This document shows, one piece after another, positions 9,332-19,827 of a stretch of 64,000 nt of DNA (positions are counted from its first letter, which is position 1; each line of letters begins with the position of its first letter). The notes under the pieces were generated by a model, which worked only from the letters and a program-made list of their open reading frames with translations, was not told where the DNA came from and made no database searches. This stretch comes from a virus (Duplodnaviria; Caudoviricetes), in the IMG/VR virus record IMGVR_UViG_3300032302_000065; one strand, written 5' to 3'. Position numbers and translations under genes: made by a program.

Positions 9332-11233
9332 TTAGCCTACAATCTCATTAAATGTAGCAGTACCTCTTACAGAAACGAAGTTGAGTTGAATGAAGTTAAC
9401 AGAGCGAACTGGTTGTACGAAAATATCGCATACAAATTCATTTGCATTTACAACATCTTCTGGATTGTTTGTACCATCGCAGATAACTCTAAATGCAGTA
9501 ATACCTCTGCGTGATTGAACACTTCTTAAGTAAGGAGTAATCAAATTAACAAAGTTAGAACGTGTTGTTGCATCGTTTTGGTCAAACAATACGTTGTCGG
9601 CAGCCGCACCAATTGTTCTTTGCAATTCAATGAACAATCTACGAACGTTAAGTCTGTTTGTAGATGTGTTTCTTAATGTGAATGTCTTGTCGCCAAACAA
9701 TACAGTACCACGACCAACTTGTGTGATAACTGGATTAACTGATGCACGATACAATGTATCACGCTCAGATTGATTTGGATTGAAAGCCAAACGAACTAAG
9801 TTTTGAATACGTCCAGCTACGAAACCAGCTGGAGACAACCATGCTTCACGATTCAAATCGTTACGTGCCATGCAACCTGCAACGTCAGCATTCAATGGAA
9901 CATAAACATATGTGTCATTGTATTTGTCATATTGATATTTCCAACCGCTGTCTGCAACAACGTATGTAGAGCGAGAAATTGTATCTGCCCATGCACTAAT
10001 TGCAGTTGCTTCAGAACCAGCATTGTTAACAACGTTTGCTCTCAATGGAGAAATACATACCATTGCATCTTTTCTAACTTCAGCAACGTCAGCAATAATT
10101 CTATTGACAACAGTTGCATTTGCTTGACCAGCAATAACGATTGCGGCTGGGATTTCAGATTTGTTTGCAAGTTTTCCGTATGCAGTTGTACGATCACCAT
10201 CAGTTACAGTACCACCATCAGTACCACCATTAAATGTGTATGTCTTTGGAGCATTTACTGCTGTATATGTTGTTCCTGAACCAGAAACAGTTATTGCAGT
10301 ACCCCAATTTGCGCCGGCTTGGTCATGGTCAGTCCAACGAATCCAGTTAGAACGATCATTGATAACATCTTTGTAGTAATTAGAACCACCATTTTCGCCT
10401 TTAGCATTAGATGCCTTAGAGATTGATTTGAATTTCTCCAAAACTGTTCCTGGTGTTCCTGTGATATCGCCTGTCTTGTCTACAACAATAACGTGCATTT
10501 CATCGTTAGTTGCGCCAAGTGTAGTTCCCTGAACAGATGTTCCTGGAGTTAATTCGAATTGGTCATAGTATTCCCAACGGCGTGTCGCAGAAGCGGCAGT
10601 AGCGCCACTTAAGTGTGCTGAAGTTAATGTGAATGATGTTGCATTAGTAACAGATGCAACTTGGTTAGTACGACCACCAAGAACAACTAAGTCGCCAACG
10701 TTCAATTGTGTGTTAGCAGTAGAACCAGAACCTGTAACTACTGTTCCGTTAAGAGCAACAGTAAATGTTCCAGTCAATGTTGAAGACCATGCATTTGCGC
10801 TTGGGCAAGTAGAAACTTTAAGTGCGTTACCTAAAGCGCCAGCATATTTTGCTGCCCATGGACCATTGTCAAAAGATGCAGTATTTAAGTATGCATCATC
10901 GTTTTTAATTAAAATACCAGTTCCTGCTGTACCAGAACCAGTTGTAGCTTCTGTCGTAGCATTTAATGCAGTATTAGCGGAACGAACAACAAACAATGGA
11001 GATGAATATCCCAAAAAGTTTGAAGCAGATAAAAAGTCAACGATGTTTGTTGCGTTTGGCTTACCAAATTGTGCTACCAAATCAGACTCGGAAACAACTT
11101 GAGTAGGAACTTCGATAGGTCCCCAAGTAAATTGTCCAGCGAAAGCGCCAGAAGTGGAAGCAATTGATTGGTTAGATGCTACCAAATCTTGTTCGGTGAT
11201 CTTAACGCCTGGTGAAATGAGACTTATAGCCAT
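9332..11233 (-). CDS. gp18: Contractile tail sheath protein
   Basis: ISPGVKITE N-terminus, WLSPAG, FGDKT, RLNVRRLF motifs. Confidence 0.98.
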   Translation of the reverse strand: MAISLISPGVKITEQDLVASNQSIASTSGAFAGQFTWGPIEVPTQVVSESDLVAQFGKPNATNIVDFLSASNFLGYSSPLFVVRSANTALNATTEATTGSGTAGTGILIKNDDAYLNTASFDNGPWAAKYAGALGNALKVSTCPSANAWSSTLTGTFTVALNGTVVTGSGSTANTQLNVGDLVVLGGRTNQVASVTNATSFTLTSAHLSGATAASATRRWEYYDQFELTPGTSVQGTTLGATNDEMHVIVVDKTGDITGTPGTVLEKFKSISKASNAKGENGGSNYYKDVINDRSNWIRWTDHDQAGANWGTAITVSGSGTTYTAVNAPKTYTFNGGTDGGTVTDGDRTTAYGKLANKSEIPAAIVIAGQANATVVNRIIADVAEVRKDAMVCISPLRANVVNNAGSEATAISAWADTISRSTYVVADSGWKYQYDKYNDTYVYVPLNADVAGCMARNDLNREAWLSPAGFVAGRIQNLVRLAFNPNQSERDTLYRASVNPVITQVGRGTVLFGDKTFTLRNTSTNRLNVRRLFIELQRTIGAAADNVLFDQNDATTRSNFVNLITPYLRSVQSRRGITAFRVICDGTNNPEDVVNANEFVCDIFVQPVRSVNFIQLNFVSVRGTATFNEIVG

Positions 11234-11282
11234 TGAATTCTCCTTGTTATAATGTTTTTTGTAAGTTGGGTTTTCTTTAATT

Positions 11283-11290
11283 TATTTATA
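11283..11290 (-). promoter_or_regulatory. T4-type late promoter TATAAATA for gp18
   Basis: Exact consensus overlapping the gp17 stop. Confidence 0.75.
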
Positions 11291-12905
11291 AAAAATCAGT
11301 TTTGTGCGTTTCCCAAACTTGTCCTGATGTATCCGTAAAAGATAACTCTTCTTCTCCATTATTTATAAAACCAAAAGGTGTGATTTCTTCTTCAATCATT
11401 CTAATTCTTGCTTCATACAATTCTTTTCTAATATTAATGTTTGTCAACTCCTTAAAATATGAGTTTGTTGTCAACCACGAAAATAGCACTAAAGGCATAA
11501 CTAAGTCATCGTGATACCCTTCATCCGCAGAATAACTATTCTTTCTTTCAATAAATGTTGAAATTTCAGATATAGTATCTGCATCATTAATCAAAAGTTT
11601 TTTCTCTTCAACCATAGATTTAAAATTGGAACATCCAATACGTTTGACTTTTTTATCTGTGATAACACCAAGTTGAGTTTTTCCTCCACCAAAACCTCCA
11701 TTGACAACTTGTCCTTGAGTGGTTCTGTTAATAGAAATAATATTTTCATATTCATATTCCGAATATAGAATATCTGCAACTTGTTCTGAAGAATTAATTT
11801 CAATTAATATATATGATTCATTATATTCTTTACCAACTTTGTAAAGTACTGATGGGTATAGAAGAGGACTAATTTGATTATTTCGATATTTACCGACAAT
11901 TTTATATGGCATTTGTGTTATATCAATAATTTGAAATGCTGAATAATCTCCACCAACACCTTTCGCAGTATCTGCAATGATACAGTATGCATGATCCTTT
12001 TCAACCTTCTCATAAATGTCAAGCCCATCTTTCTGATAGATGATAGGTTTAGCAGACATTTGTGCAATAGCATCAGACGCAATTAACGTAAGACTAGACC
12101 CTAAGAAATTACAGAGAACCTCTTGATTGAATTTCAATTCACCAAGCAATTTACGCTGTGTTTCTGCCCATTTATCATCACGTCCGGGAATCTCCCAATA
12201 TGGAATGAATAGATTGACGAACCCGTTTCTATCATTCTCTGCATCATTCCAGAATTTCCAGAAATGATTGTATCCTAGTGGGGTAGAACTTAGCAGAATC
12301 TTTGTTGTTTCACCAGCAGAAATCGTAGGATAAACTGAAGTAAAGAATTGTTCTGCTACATTGTTTGGTATGATAGCGGCTTCGTCAACGTACAATAAAT
12401 TAACTGACTTACCACGAATACCTGATGCGCTTGTTGCGGCTGTGAATACTACTGAACCATTCTCTAAAGCAATGTCACCTTTGTTCCATGTAGTGACACC
12501 TTGCTGAAGCCAGGTAGGAAGATTCTCATACATGATTTGATAACGATACAAAACTTCTCTAGCGGCTGTTGCTTTGTTTGCTAGAATCGCTACAGTCTTG
12601 CTTCCTTGAAACAATGTGTACCAAAGAATATAGGCAGCCGATGTTGTTGTCTTACCTTGCTGACGCCCTTCCATAAGAATAACTTTACGATTCTCATGGA
12701 TAATCTTTACTTTATTCTTTTGGCAATCATAGAGTTTGAATGGCTGAAGCCCGTGATCTAGCGTGACAATCTTACAATAACTTTCAATGAAGTATATTGG
12801 ATCGTCAGCACATTTCAAGTATTCTTCAATTTGATCTTTTGTAAAATTGAGAGGAACACCAGATGCTTTTAAAAGAGAATTTCCTAGATAGGATTTTGCA
12901 CTCAT
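11286..12905 (-). CDS. gp17: Terminase large subunit
   Basis: Walker A GRQQGKTT, Walker B LLYVDEAA, nuclease ADTAKGVGGDYS and HDDLVM. Confidence 0.98.
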   Translation of the reverse strand: MSAKSYLGNSLLKASGVPLNFTKDQIEEYLKCADDPIYFIESYCKIVTLDHGLQPFKLYDCQKNKVKIIHENRKVILMEGRQQGKTTTSAAYILWYTLFQGSKTVAILANKATAAREVLYRYQIMYENLPTWLQQGVTTWNKGDIALENGSVVFTAATSASGIRGKSVNLLYVDEAAIIPNNVAEQFFTSVYPTISAGETTKILLSSTPLGYNHFWKFWNDAENDRNGFVNLFIPYWEIPGRDDKWAETQRKLLGELKFNQEVLCNFLGSSLTLIASDAIAQMSAKPIIYQKDGLDIYEKVEKDHAYCIIADTAKGVGGDYSAFQIIDITQMPYKIVGKYRNNQISPLLYPSVLYKVGKEYNESYILIEINSSEQVADILYSEYEYENIISINRTTQGQVVNGGFGGGKTQLGVITDKKVKRIGCSNFKSMVEEKKLLINDADTISEISTFIERKNSYSADEGYHDDLVMPLVLFSWLTTNSYFKELTNINIRKELYEARIRMIEEEITPFGFINNGEEELSFTDTSGQVWETHKTDFL

Positions 12906-13330
12906 CTTTTTCCAATTAGCTTTTGTAATTCTGCTGTGCTACCAACAAACAACGCATTCGTTACATGCTGTGGTTGTTGCGTATCGTCTTTTTTAGTCTT
13001 TAAGTCTTTTACTTTTTTACCTAAGTCTAATAAATCTTTGTTTGTGTCTGCTAGGGTTTTAATTAACTGCCCAACAACTTCATATGCTCTTGGAGACTCA
13101 CCTTCTTTTGCTAAGAAGATAATATTATCCATAGCTTCTTTACCTTTCTCAATGAATAGCTTTAGATTTTCTCTAGCATATTCATAATCAGCATCTATAG
13201 ATTCATCATTTGGTGCGCCAGTGGAAACAGGTTCTTTAACTTGCTCTACTACTGCGGGTAGTGCTTGTTCAACAATCTTACCTTGCACATCAAATATGTC
13301 ATTCAATTTATCATCAACAGTTTTTTTCAT
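12902..13330 (-). CDS. gp16: Terminase small subunit
   Basis: DYEYAR, ESPRAYEV and NALFVGSTAELQK motifs; position between gp15 and gp17. Confidence 0.95.
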   Translation of the reverse strand: MKKTVDDKLNDIFDVQGKIVEQALPAVVEQVKEPVSTGAPNDESIDADYEYARENLKLFIEKGKEAMDNIIFLAKEGESPRAYEVVGQLIKTLADTNKDLLDLGKKVKDLKTKKDDTQQPQHVTNALFVGSTAELQKLIGKR

Positions 13331-14067
13331 GTAGGAATTGGGGGTGTTGTTTGCGTTTCAGTTATGTCAAAATTATCGTCACCAGTGAAAGTTTGTATAT
13401 TTATAGCTGTGTTATCAATCGTTGAAGTATTAACGTCTGCATTCGAAATATACTTGAACTTTCTGCTAGGTCCGAATAGATACCCTTTAACAGTAAAATC
13501 CATCTGCCAAGATAAAACTCTACGTCCATCAAAGTCGCCTTCATATGAATCATCAACAGTCACACTATTCAATTCAATTGGAATATCCATGTTGATTCCC
13601 AATTCGGGAACAAGTTTCATTGTTACTGTCCAATCTGGTGTAAAAAACGGAATAATTTGTTCTACAATTTGCGTACCATCTTCTGCATATCTAACCAATG
13701 CATATAAAGAGAAATTGATATCATATGGCACTGGTGTGTAAGTATAGTCAAAATCGGTACCACCAGTGTTTACACCTTTAGCAATTTTATGTGCGCTATT
13801 CAATTTTCTTTGAGGCGCATATGTGATGCTGGTAAACTCAAAACCCATTCTAGGAAGAGTGACCGAAAGCGGGCGATTCAATGTTGGATCGTTTAACACA
13901 CGCTGAACAAATTTTTGTTTAGGCGAATATTCAATAGGAACGCTTACTGTTTGCTGTTTATTTCCATCGCTATCATATCTTTCGACTTGGATTTCATTAA
14001 ACAAGTTTCCAAACATAACAACATAGCGCCTTAACGTGCCATGGTAAAAATCGTGACCGAACATCAT
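13327..14067 (-). CDS. gp15: Tail sheath terminator / completion protein
   Basis: FYHGTLRRYVVMFGNLFN, TLPRMGFE, QIVEQIIPFFTP. Confidence 0.95.
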   Translation of the reverse strand: MMFGHDFYHGTLRRYVVMFGNLFNEIQVERYDSDGNKQQTVSVPIEYSPKQKFVQRVLNDPTLNRPLSVTLPRMGFEFTSITYAPQRKLNSAHKIAKGVNTGGTDFDYTYTPVPYDINFSLYALVRYAEDGTQIVEQIIPFFTPDWTVTMKLVPELGINMDIPIELNSVTVDDSYEGDFDGRRVLSWQMDFTVKGYLFGPSRKFKYISNADVNTSTIDNTAINIQTFTGDDNFDITETQTTPPIPT

Positions 14068-14069
14068 AG

Positions 14070-14885
14070 TTAATAAGTCCTTGTAAGTGCAAATGGATTT
14101 TTCTCTGAGAAATCTAGAACGTCACCATCAATAATTTTCTTTCCAATTGCTTCGTTATCCGCAGCCACCTCAAATGGTATGACTGTATCGCCTTCTGCAA
14201 GAAGTCTAGTGCTATCTTCTAAAGCAAAAATACTGCTATCTGTCTCATTCAATATCTTTTCAATGTTATCTGTAGAAAGACTGTAAACATCTTCAATCGC
14301 ATCAATGTCTGCAACACCAGTATCAAGTTTTTCGCTAGAGTATTCGAATCTATCGCAACGCATTTCAAATGTGTATATGTCACCTAACTGATAGAAGTTT
14401 TCGATATTCTCTGTAAATTTAATTTCGTACATGTAACCAAGTAAAGGAATCCAAATTAAATCGCCTTCTCTTGGTCTTAAAATATCTGTGTAGTCGTAAG
14501 TCTGTGTGTCTATTAAGTATCCATCATCTTCAAGTCGAATATTGTATCCATATTCCGTATTGATTAGTGGTTTAAGTGATTCAATGAATCTATGCTGTGC
14601 AACAAGAAACGTAATCGATTCATCAATTTGAAGACCAAACTTAGACAAGAAATCTTCTTGTCCTTGGAAGCCGTCAAAACTCTTGACGTACATTTCCATA
14701 GACAATGCATCTTCATATTTTACTAATCCATCTTCACCATAAATTTCATCTAAATTGACTTGAGTTCTTGGAATATAATATCCATCGATGCCATAAATCT
14801 TTATAGCTTCAGAAACTAAATCATGGATTATTTTTTGCTCTTGTTTTATAAAAGCATATTGATTGAAATAACGATTACGTGCCAT
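14070..14885 (-). CDS. gp14: Neck protein
   Basis: EAIKIYG..YIPR, SKFGLQI, PREGDLI, FEYSSE, DFSEKNPF. Confidence 0.95.
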   Translation of the reverse strand: MARNRYFNQYAFIKQEQKIIHDLVSEAIKIYGIDGYYIPRTQVNLDEIYGEDGLVKYEDALSMEMYVKSFDGFQGQEDFLSKFGLQIDESITFLVAQHRFIESLKPLINTEYGYNIRLEDDGYLIDTQTYDYTDILRPREGDLIWIPLLGYMYEIKFTENIENFYQLGDIYTFEMRCDRFEYSSEKLDTGVADIDAIEDVYSLSTDNIEKILNETDSSIFALEDSTRLLAEGDTVIPFEVAADNEAIGKKIIDGDVLDFSEKNPFALTRTY

Positions 14886-14887
14886 TT

Positions 14888-15637
14888 TTAACCTAGCATA
14901 TCAGTAACAGGCAATGAGTATGAACTAATCATTTCTGATTCCATACTCTGAATTTCATCTATTGCTTCATCCCAAATTTTCTGCCCGTTAAAAGAAACTC
15001 CTCCAGGCATAGAAATGCCTTCAAATTTTTTCAAGTTTTCACCCCATTGTTTTTTAATTAATGCTGTGCAATACTTTTGTAGCCATCTATCGTTGTAAAC
15101 GTCAGTATAAGTGTCTGGATTAATTTTTTGATACGCTTCAACAATAATGTATTCTCCTAGAACAACTTTTTCACCCCAAGCAATATCAACAAAAAGTTTA
15201 TTTGAGTGACGCTGAAAACGAATAGCTTGTTTACCAACAAACAACTCTTCTGCTAAAGCAACGTTTTGCAATGCCATGTAGTATGGTGCAAATGGACCAG
15301 TATTGAACGCAAACAAATCATTCAATGCAATCTGATATCTTAGATTGAATAGATTGTTTGTGGAATAGCTGTTTCCGATAGGAAGAATATTGATTACGCC
15401 AATGACAGAATCATCTATTGAAAGATACTTGTTGTCAATGTCTGTTTGTGTGACTTGATGTGCTAGATATACTTTTTCTGTTGCATCGTAGTGATAGTCA
15501 TAGTAATATGAGAATGCCATTTCGATACAGTCTTCAACTTGTTCATCTGCTACGTTAATTTCCAACAGAGGTGCACCAAGTCTTCTGAGACAGAATTCTT
15601 TAAATTCTTCTCTGGATGCTGGTTTACTTATACTCAT
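14888..15637 (-). CDS. gp13: Neck protein
   Basis: CLRRLGAPLLEINV, QWGENLKKF..PGGV. Confidence 0.95.
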   Translation of the reverse strand: MSISKPASREEFKEFCLRRLGAPLLEINVADEQVEDCIEMAFSYYYDYHYDATEKVYLAHQVTQTDIDNKYLSIDDSVIGVINILPIGNSYSTNNLFNLRYQIALNDLFAFNTGPFAPYYMALQNVALAEELFVGKQAIRFQRHSNKLFVDIAWGEKVVLGEYIIVEAYQKINPDTYTDVYNDRWLQKYCTALIKKQWGENLKKFEGISMPGGVSFNGQKIWDEAIDEIQSMESEMISSYSLPVTDMLG

Positions 15638-15664
15638 TTGTGCCCCTTATAAATTTCTTTCTCC

Positions 15665-15672
15665 TATTTATA
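15665..15672 (-). promoter_or_regulatory. T4-type late promoter TATAAATA for gp13
   Basis: Exact consensus ~28 nt upstream of the gp13 ATG. Confidence 0.8.
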
Positions 15673-15687
15673 ATACGTGGCATTCAT

Positions 15688-15713
15688 AAAAAAACCCCCA
15701 TAAAGGGGGTTTT
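15688..15713 (-). terminator. Intrinsic terminator closing the fibre/adhesin cassette
   Basis: AAAACCCCC-ATAAA-GGGGGTTTT stem with T-run on the - strand. Confidence 0.8.
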
Positions 15714-15732
15714 GATTTTATTCGTATTCGAA

Positions 15733-16218
15733 TTATCGATACATACCTTCAATGAATAAATCATCAATTTGCAATTCTGTTAATCCGAGAGAACTAGAAA
15801 GCAATGATGTGACAGGAGAATTATAACGGAGAACATGTTCTCCATACTGCCACTCAATTTTAGTAACTTGTTTTGTATTTGCATCGGCAATAGCTTCAAT
15901 TGCAGTTTCTAATGCAGTTAGAATGTTTGCACCCAAGAATGTTAATCTTGCTTGACGCATTGTGATGGATGATGGAACCGTAGATTTTTTATATGCCGCA
16001 TCCGCAACATCTAATTGGTCATTGGTAACTCCAAGATTTAATGGTGTTAATTCTTCTCTATTCAAAAATACATGATATGGGTATCCTGCCCAAATCATAT
16101 CGACTCTGTGGGCATAGTCTAATACGTCTAAACCAGAAATTGTTCCCCAAGTTTCTGGTAATGGACCCGCAGACAATATCTGCTTTGTTGATTTATCGAT
16201 GCAATAAAAGTTGCTCAT
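15733..16218 (-). CDS. Hypothetical protein, tail-fibre-associated (assembly chaperone-like)
   Basis: VPSSITMRQARL...IEWQY...LGLTELQIDDLF C-terminal motif resembling small proteins commonly found after phage fibre genes. Confidence 0.55.
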   Translation of the reverse strand: MSNFYCIDKSTKQILSAGPLPETWGTISGLDVLDYAHRVDMIWAGYPYHVFLNREELTPLNLGVTNDQLDVADAAYKKSTVPSSITMRQARLTFLGANILTALETAIEAIADANTKQVTKIEWQYGEHVLRYNSPVTSLLSSSLGLTELQIDDLFIEGMYR

Positions 16219-16970
16219 GTTCTTTTCTCCAATTTAAAATCTTTTTTCTGATAGAATAATTGCCTATATGCGGCTCTTATACGTGATGGGAATGAATATT
16301 TATGTTTATCAAATTCTGCAACTGTAGCTTTTCCGGATACTGCGGTAATAGTTTCTCTTTTAAACGGAATAATTTGAAGTAATGGTGTTCCCGCTGAAAC
16401 TTCCCACTCACCTTCACGCAATGCAGTAAACACCCAATTAATTTGGTGAAACACATCTCCATCTATAACTCCAGGATACATAAACAAATCTTCTAAAAAT
16501 GGATTTTGATAATATGCTGGTAGTAAATAGAAAGACCAACCCGGTTTAGTGATAACTCCCCATGGCACTGGCATCTTGTTGCAAACACCAGGCGTTACAA
16601 ATTTTCCTTTTTCATCTTTATCAATTGGGCAAAAATTGTCAACTAATTTAAAATCTAAAGGCTGATTATCTTTATATTCTGCCGCAGAAGGACCATTTTT
16701 CATAACGGATGTTCCCTGTCTAGTTGCTTTGATTTTAAAATCAACCCATGCAGGAACAATATATCCAGACTTCATGTAATCGACCATACCAGGACAGTTC
16801 ATGAATTTTGCAGCCGCAGGTCTATCTTTTTGGGCTCTAACCCAATCTGGATATACATCTTTAGCCAGTTTTATGTCAGTCAATGGTATAGCATATGCTC
16901 CACCTTCATTGCTACAAAATTTGATTAGCGGCTCATCATCACTAAAAAATTCTTTAATTTTACCAATCAT
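16215..16970 (-). CDS. DUF6065-like protein, paralog 2
   Basis: CPGMxDxMxSGY, PWxxxTKPGWS, GVIDGD, GTPLLQIIPFKRE pattern shared with the neighbouring gene. Confidence 0.6.
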   Translation of the reverse strand: MIGKIKEFFSDDEPLIKFCSNEGGAYAIPLTDIKLAKDVYPDWVRAQKDRPAAAKFMNCPGMVDYMKSGYIVPAWVDFKIKATRQGTSVMKNGPSAAEYKDNQPLDFKLVDNFCPIDKDEKGKFVTPGVCNKMPVPWGVITKPGWSFYLLPAYYQNPFLEDLFMYPGVIDGDVFHQINWVFTALREGEWEVSAGTPLLQIIPFKRETITAVSGKATVAEFDKHKYSFPSRIRAAYRQLFYQKKDFKLEKRT

Positions 16971-17698
16971 TTATTCACCCTTTGTTCATTTTGATATACG
17001 CCGTCTCTTGTCATTTGACTTTTTGATATCCGATGAATATTCAACAATTCATCTTGTGTAAGTTGTCGTATATTATGTTTAATGTCAATCGTATCTCTTT
17101 TTATAGGAATCGCAGTCATCATTGGCGTTCCCGCACGTATGTATCCTTCATAGTTGGGTAAAATCCAACGACCAGGAAAATTAACTTGTTTGACATACTT
17201 ATCAGTATCAACTAAACCACCTAGCAATTGAAATCTATTCTCTAAAGAATTTATGCATGGCACGAATAATGTTGACCAACCTGGACTAGTTTTTACTACC
17301 CAAGGGTTAATAAATTTCAATGGCTGAGACTTACCGAATGGTGAATTATTTTCTTTATCACTAACTTGCGCCAAATGATGGAATTCTAATGCGGCACCAA
17401 ATTCTTGAAAATCTGGTCCCTTTGCGACTTTACAATCTTTGTCAACTTTAACATATAAATCTTGCATGAACGGAATTGTATATCCTATTGCCATAGCGTC
17501 AATCATGGGCATACATTTTTTTGCGGTCGGCATAGGACCACCTTTTCCGTCTCTAAATTTATCGCTATATGCCGGAATTTTTTTATACCATTCCGGCATA
17601 TTTTTATTTGACGGTGAAGGTTCAGGTATTGATTTCCAATACCGTTCATCACATAAGAATTCAATCGTTGGCGATTTGAATATCGAAATTAATTTCAT
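16967..17698 (-). CDS. DUF6065-like protein, paralog 1
   Basis: CMPMIDAMAIGY, PWVVKTSPGWS, GLVDTD, GTPMMTAIPIKR. Confidence 0.6.
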   Translation of the reverse strand: MKLISIFKSPTIEFLCDERYWKSIPEPSPSNKNMPEWYKKIPAYSDKFRDGKGGPMPTAKKCMPMIDAMAIGYTIPFMQDLYVKVDKDCKVAKGPDFQEFGAALEFHHLAQVSDKENNSPFGKSQPLKFINPWVVKTSPGWSTLFVPCINSLENRFQLLGGLVDTDKYVKQVNFPGRWILPNYEGYIRAGTPMMTAIPIKRDTIDIKHNIRQLTQDELLNIHRISKSQMTRDGVYQNEQRVNK

Positions 17699-18369
17699 CG
17701 AAATTTAGGACCATTCACCCAAGTAACTAGAGTAACTCTTTCTCCAGAAGTTACTGGAGTAACTTTATGTGGAACCCAAGATGGGAAAATTAAAATTTGA
17801 CCTGGAAGCAATTTAATAGTTTCACATTTATCTGGATTACCATTATAATTGATAACAAAGTCTCCGCCTTCATATTCGGATGGGTCTGTCAAGCCAACTA
17901 CTACTGATAGTTTTCTGTGATAGCCTAAATTTGGACCGGCATCACAATGCCAATCATAAAATTGTCCCTCTTTATACTTTGCGTATTGTAAGACTTCAAA
18001 CATACCTAAATCAAATTGAAATTTATCATAATTTACTTTAGATATAATTTGTTGAATTCTGTTATACAACCATTCAGTTTGTTCTGATGGCATAACAACA
18101 GATACGGTATTGTCTCTAACCTCAGTATCAAGTACGTGGTCGGAATTTAGCGAAGAGCCGCCGACAACACCTTGCTGAAACTCAGCCATCTCACCTATAC
18201 TAATAACATCACGAATTTCTTCTTCATTGAGTGCATCTGCCCAAATAACGAATTGTTCTAATGGACTGTGAATGTCGTGAATTGTCATGATTTGCTGAGC
18301 CATAGGACTCAATCTCATTCTTCGCTGACCTTCTTGACCTTGTTGTTGAACCTGACTTGGATTACTCAT
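17695..18369 (-). CDS. 2OG-Fe(II) oxygenase (PKHD/prolyl-hydroxylase-like)
   Basis: HxD...H facial triad (WHCD...PHKV), RKLS, YEGG, VTSGERVTLV. Confidence 0.92.
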   Translation of the reverse strand: MSNPSQVQQQGQEGQRRMRLSPMAQQIMTIHDIHSPLEQFVIWADALNEEEIRDVISIGEMAEFQQGVVGGSSLNSDHVLDTEVRDNTVSVVMPSEQTEWLYNRIQQIISKVNYDKFQFDLGMFEVLQYAKYKEGQFYDWHCDAGPNLGYHRKLSVVVGLTDPSEYEGGDFVINYNGNPDKCETIKLLPGQILIFPSWVPHKVTPVTSGERVTLVTWVNGPKFR

Positions 18370-18419
18370 AATTAACCACCTTTAAAAAATAAAAAAAAAT
18401 AAACTACTAATTATATATG

Positions 18420-19115
18420 TCAATCATTTATGACGGAAACATATCCTCCTGGAGGAACTGTAATTGATACTCCAGAAGTTACGTAGTCAACTGAAATCGG
18501 AGTTGGTCCAATAACAGATGCTGGAGTGTCTGATGCGCCACCAGGAAGTGGTACACCTAAAACAACATAAGAACCACCTTGATTTCCCGGAATAGTATTT
18601 CCAGGTACGGTTGGATTGTATGTTGTTGGATTATAATACGTTGGATTTGTATAGTAAAATGTGAACTGATAATATCCACTTGTCATTTGAGCAGTATAGC
18701 CACCACCAGTCCAATATTCATATGCCGACCAAGAATTCCCATAACCAAAAATATTATAGCCCCAAACATAAGTGTTAAAATACGGACTTGGTGAAAAAAA
18801 ATAATAATCTATAAACCCATATGGATATCCATCCCAATATTGACGTATTTGATACACATATTGAAAATAGTATCCGGTTGTCACAAAGTATCCAGGAACA
18901 GTAGTCTGATTTCCACCGGATGCATAATTTCCAGGAACAGTATTTCCTGGTACAGTTGGATTGTATGTTGTTGGATTTCCTGGAGACGATCTACCCTGTA
19001 ATCTAAAACTAGTTTTTCCATAAGGAGGATAGTAAGTCCCAGGCGCATTAAACGTAACTGTCTCCTTGACAATTGCGTTTGTTTTTTCTCTTCTTAATAA
19101 ACCTGATATCTTCAT
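18420..19115 (-). CDS. 231-aa Tyr/Gly/Pro-rich adhesin-like protein, copy D (last transcribed)
   Basis: One of four equal-length tandem paralogs; TFNAPGTYYPP N-domain, VPPGGYVS C-terminus, aromatic core. Confidence 0.7.
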   Translation of the reverse strand: MKISGLLRREKTNAIVKETVTFNAPGTYYPPYGKTSFRLQGRSSPGNPTTYNPTVPGNTVPGNYASGGNQTTVPGYFVTTGYYFQYVYQIRQYWDGYPYGFIDYYFFSPSPYFNTYVWGYNIFGYGNSWSAYEYWTGGGYTAQMTSGYYQFTFYYTNPTYYNPTTYNPTVPGNTIPGNQGGSYVVLGVPLPGGASDTPASVIGPTPISVDYVTSGVSITVPPGGYVSVIND

Positions 19116-19123
19116 ATTATTAT

Positions 19124-19819
19124 TTAATCGTTTATAATGGACACATATCCACCTGGAGGGACTGAAATTGATATCCCACCTGATATATAGTTAACTGAAG
19201 CTGAAGTTGGACCGACAACCGGCGCAGACGAATCACTAATACCACCAGGAAGAGGCACACCTAAAACTATATATGACGATCCTTGGTTTCCTGGAATTGC
19301 ATTTCCAGGTACAGTTGGATTGTATGTTGTCGGATTATAATACGTTGGGTTGAAATAGAAATAAGTTGGATTACTGTATCCAACAGGTACTGCTTGAGTA
19401 TAGCCACCACCAGTCCAATAATCATATAGCGACCAAGTATTCCCATAACCAAAAACATTATAGCCCCACACATAACTGTTAAAATACGGACTTGGTGCAA
19501 AATAATAATAATCTATAAACCCAAATGGATATCCATCCCAATATTGACGTATTTGATATACATACTGAAAATAAGTAAATTGATACACAAAATTACCCGG
19601 AACAGTAACTTGATTAGCATTTGCTGTAACATTTCCAGGAACAGTATTTCCTGGTACAGTTGGATTGTATGTTGTTGGATTTCCTGGAGACGATCTACCC
19701 TGTAATCTAAAACTAGTTTTTCCATAAGGAGGGTAATATGTTCCTGGAGCATTGAATGTGACAGTCTCCTTGACAATCGCATTGGTGCGCTCTCTTCTTA
19801 ATAAACCTGATATCTTCAT
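19124..19819 (-). CDS. 231-aa adhesin-like protein, copy C
   Basis: Gap-free paralog of the flanking genes. Confidence 0.7.
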   Translation of the reverse strand: MKISGLLRRERTNAIVKETVTFNAPGTYYPPYGKTSFRLQGRSSPGNPTTYNPTVPGNTVPGNVTANANQVTVPGNFVYQFTYFQYVYQIRQYWDGYPFGFIDYYYFAPSPYFNSYVWGYNVFGYGNTWSLYDYWTGGGYTQAVPVGYSNPTYFYFNPTYYNPTTYNPTVPGNAIPGNQGSSYIVLGVPLPGGISDSSAPVVGPTSASVNYISGGISISVPPGGYVSIIND

Positions 19820-19827
19820 ATTATTAT

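Noticed and set aside
11286-12905. Intein or intron in terminase or other core genes
   Set aside because: Lengths are normal, frames continuous and no homing endonuclease motifs were seen
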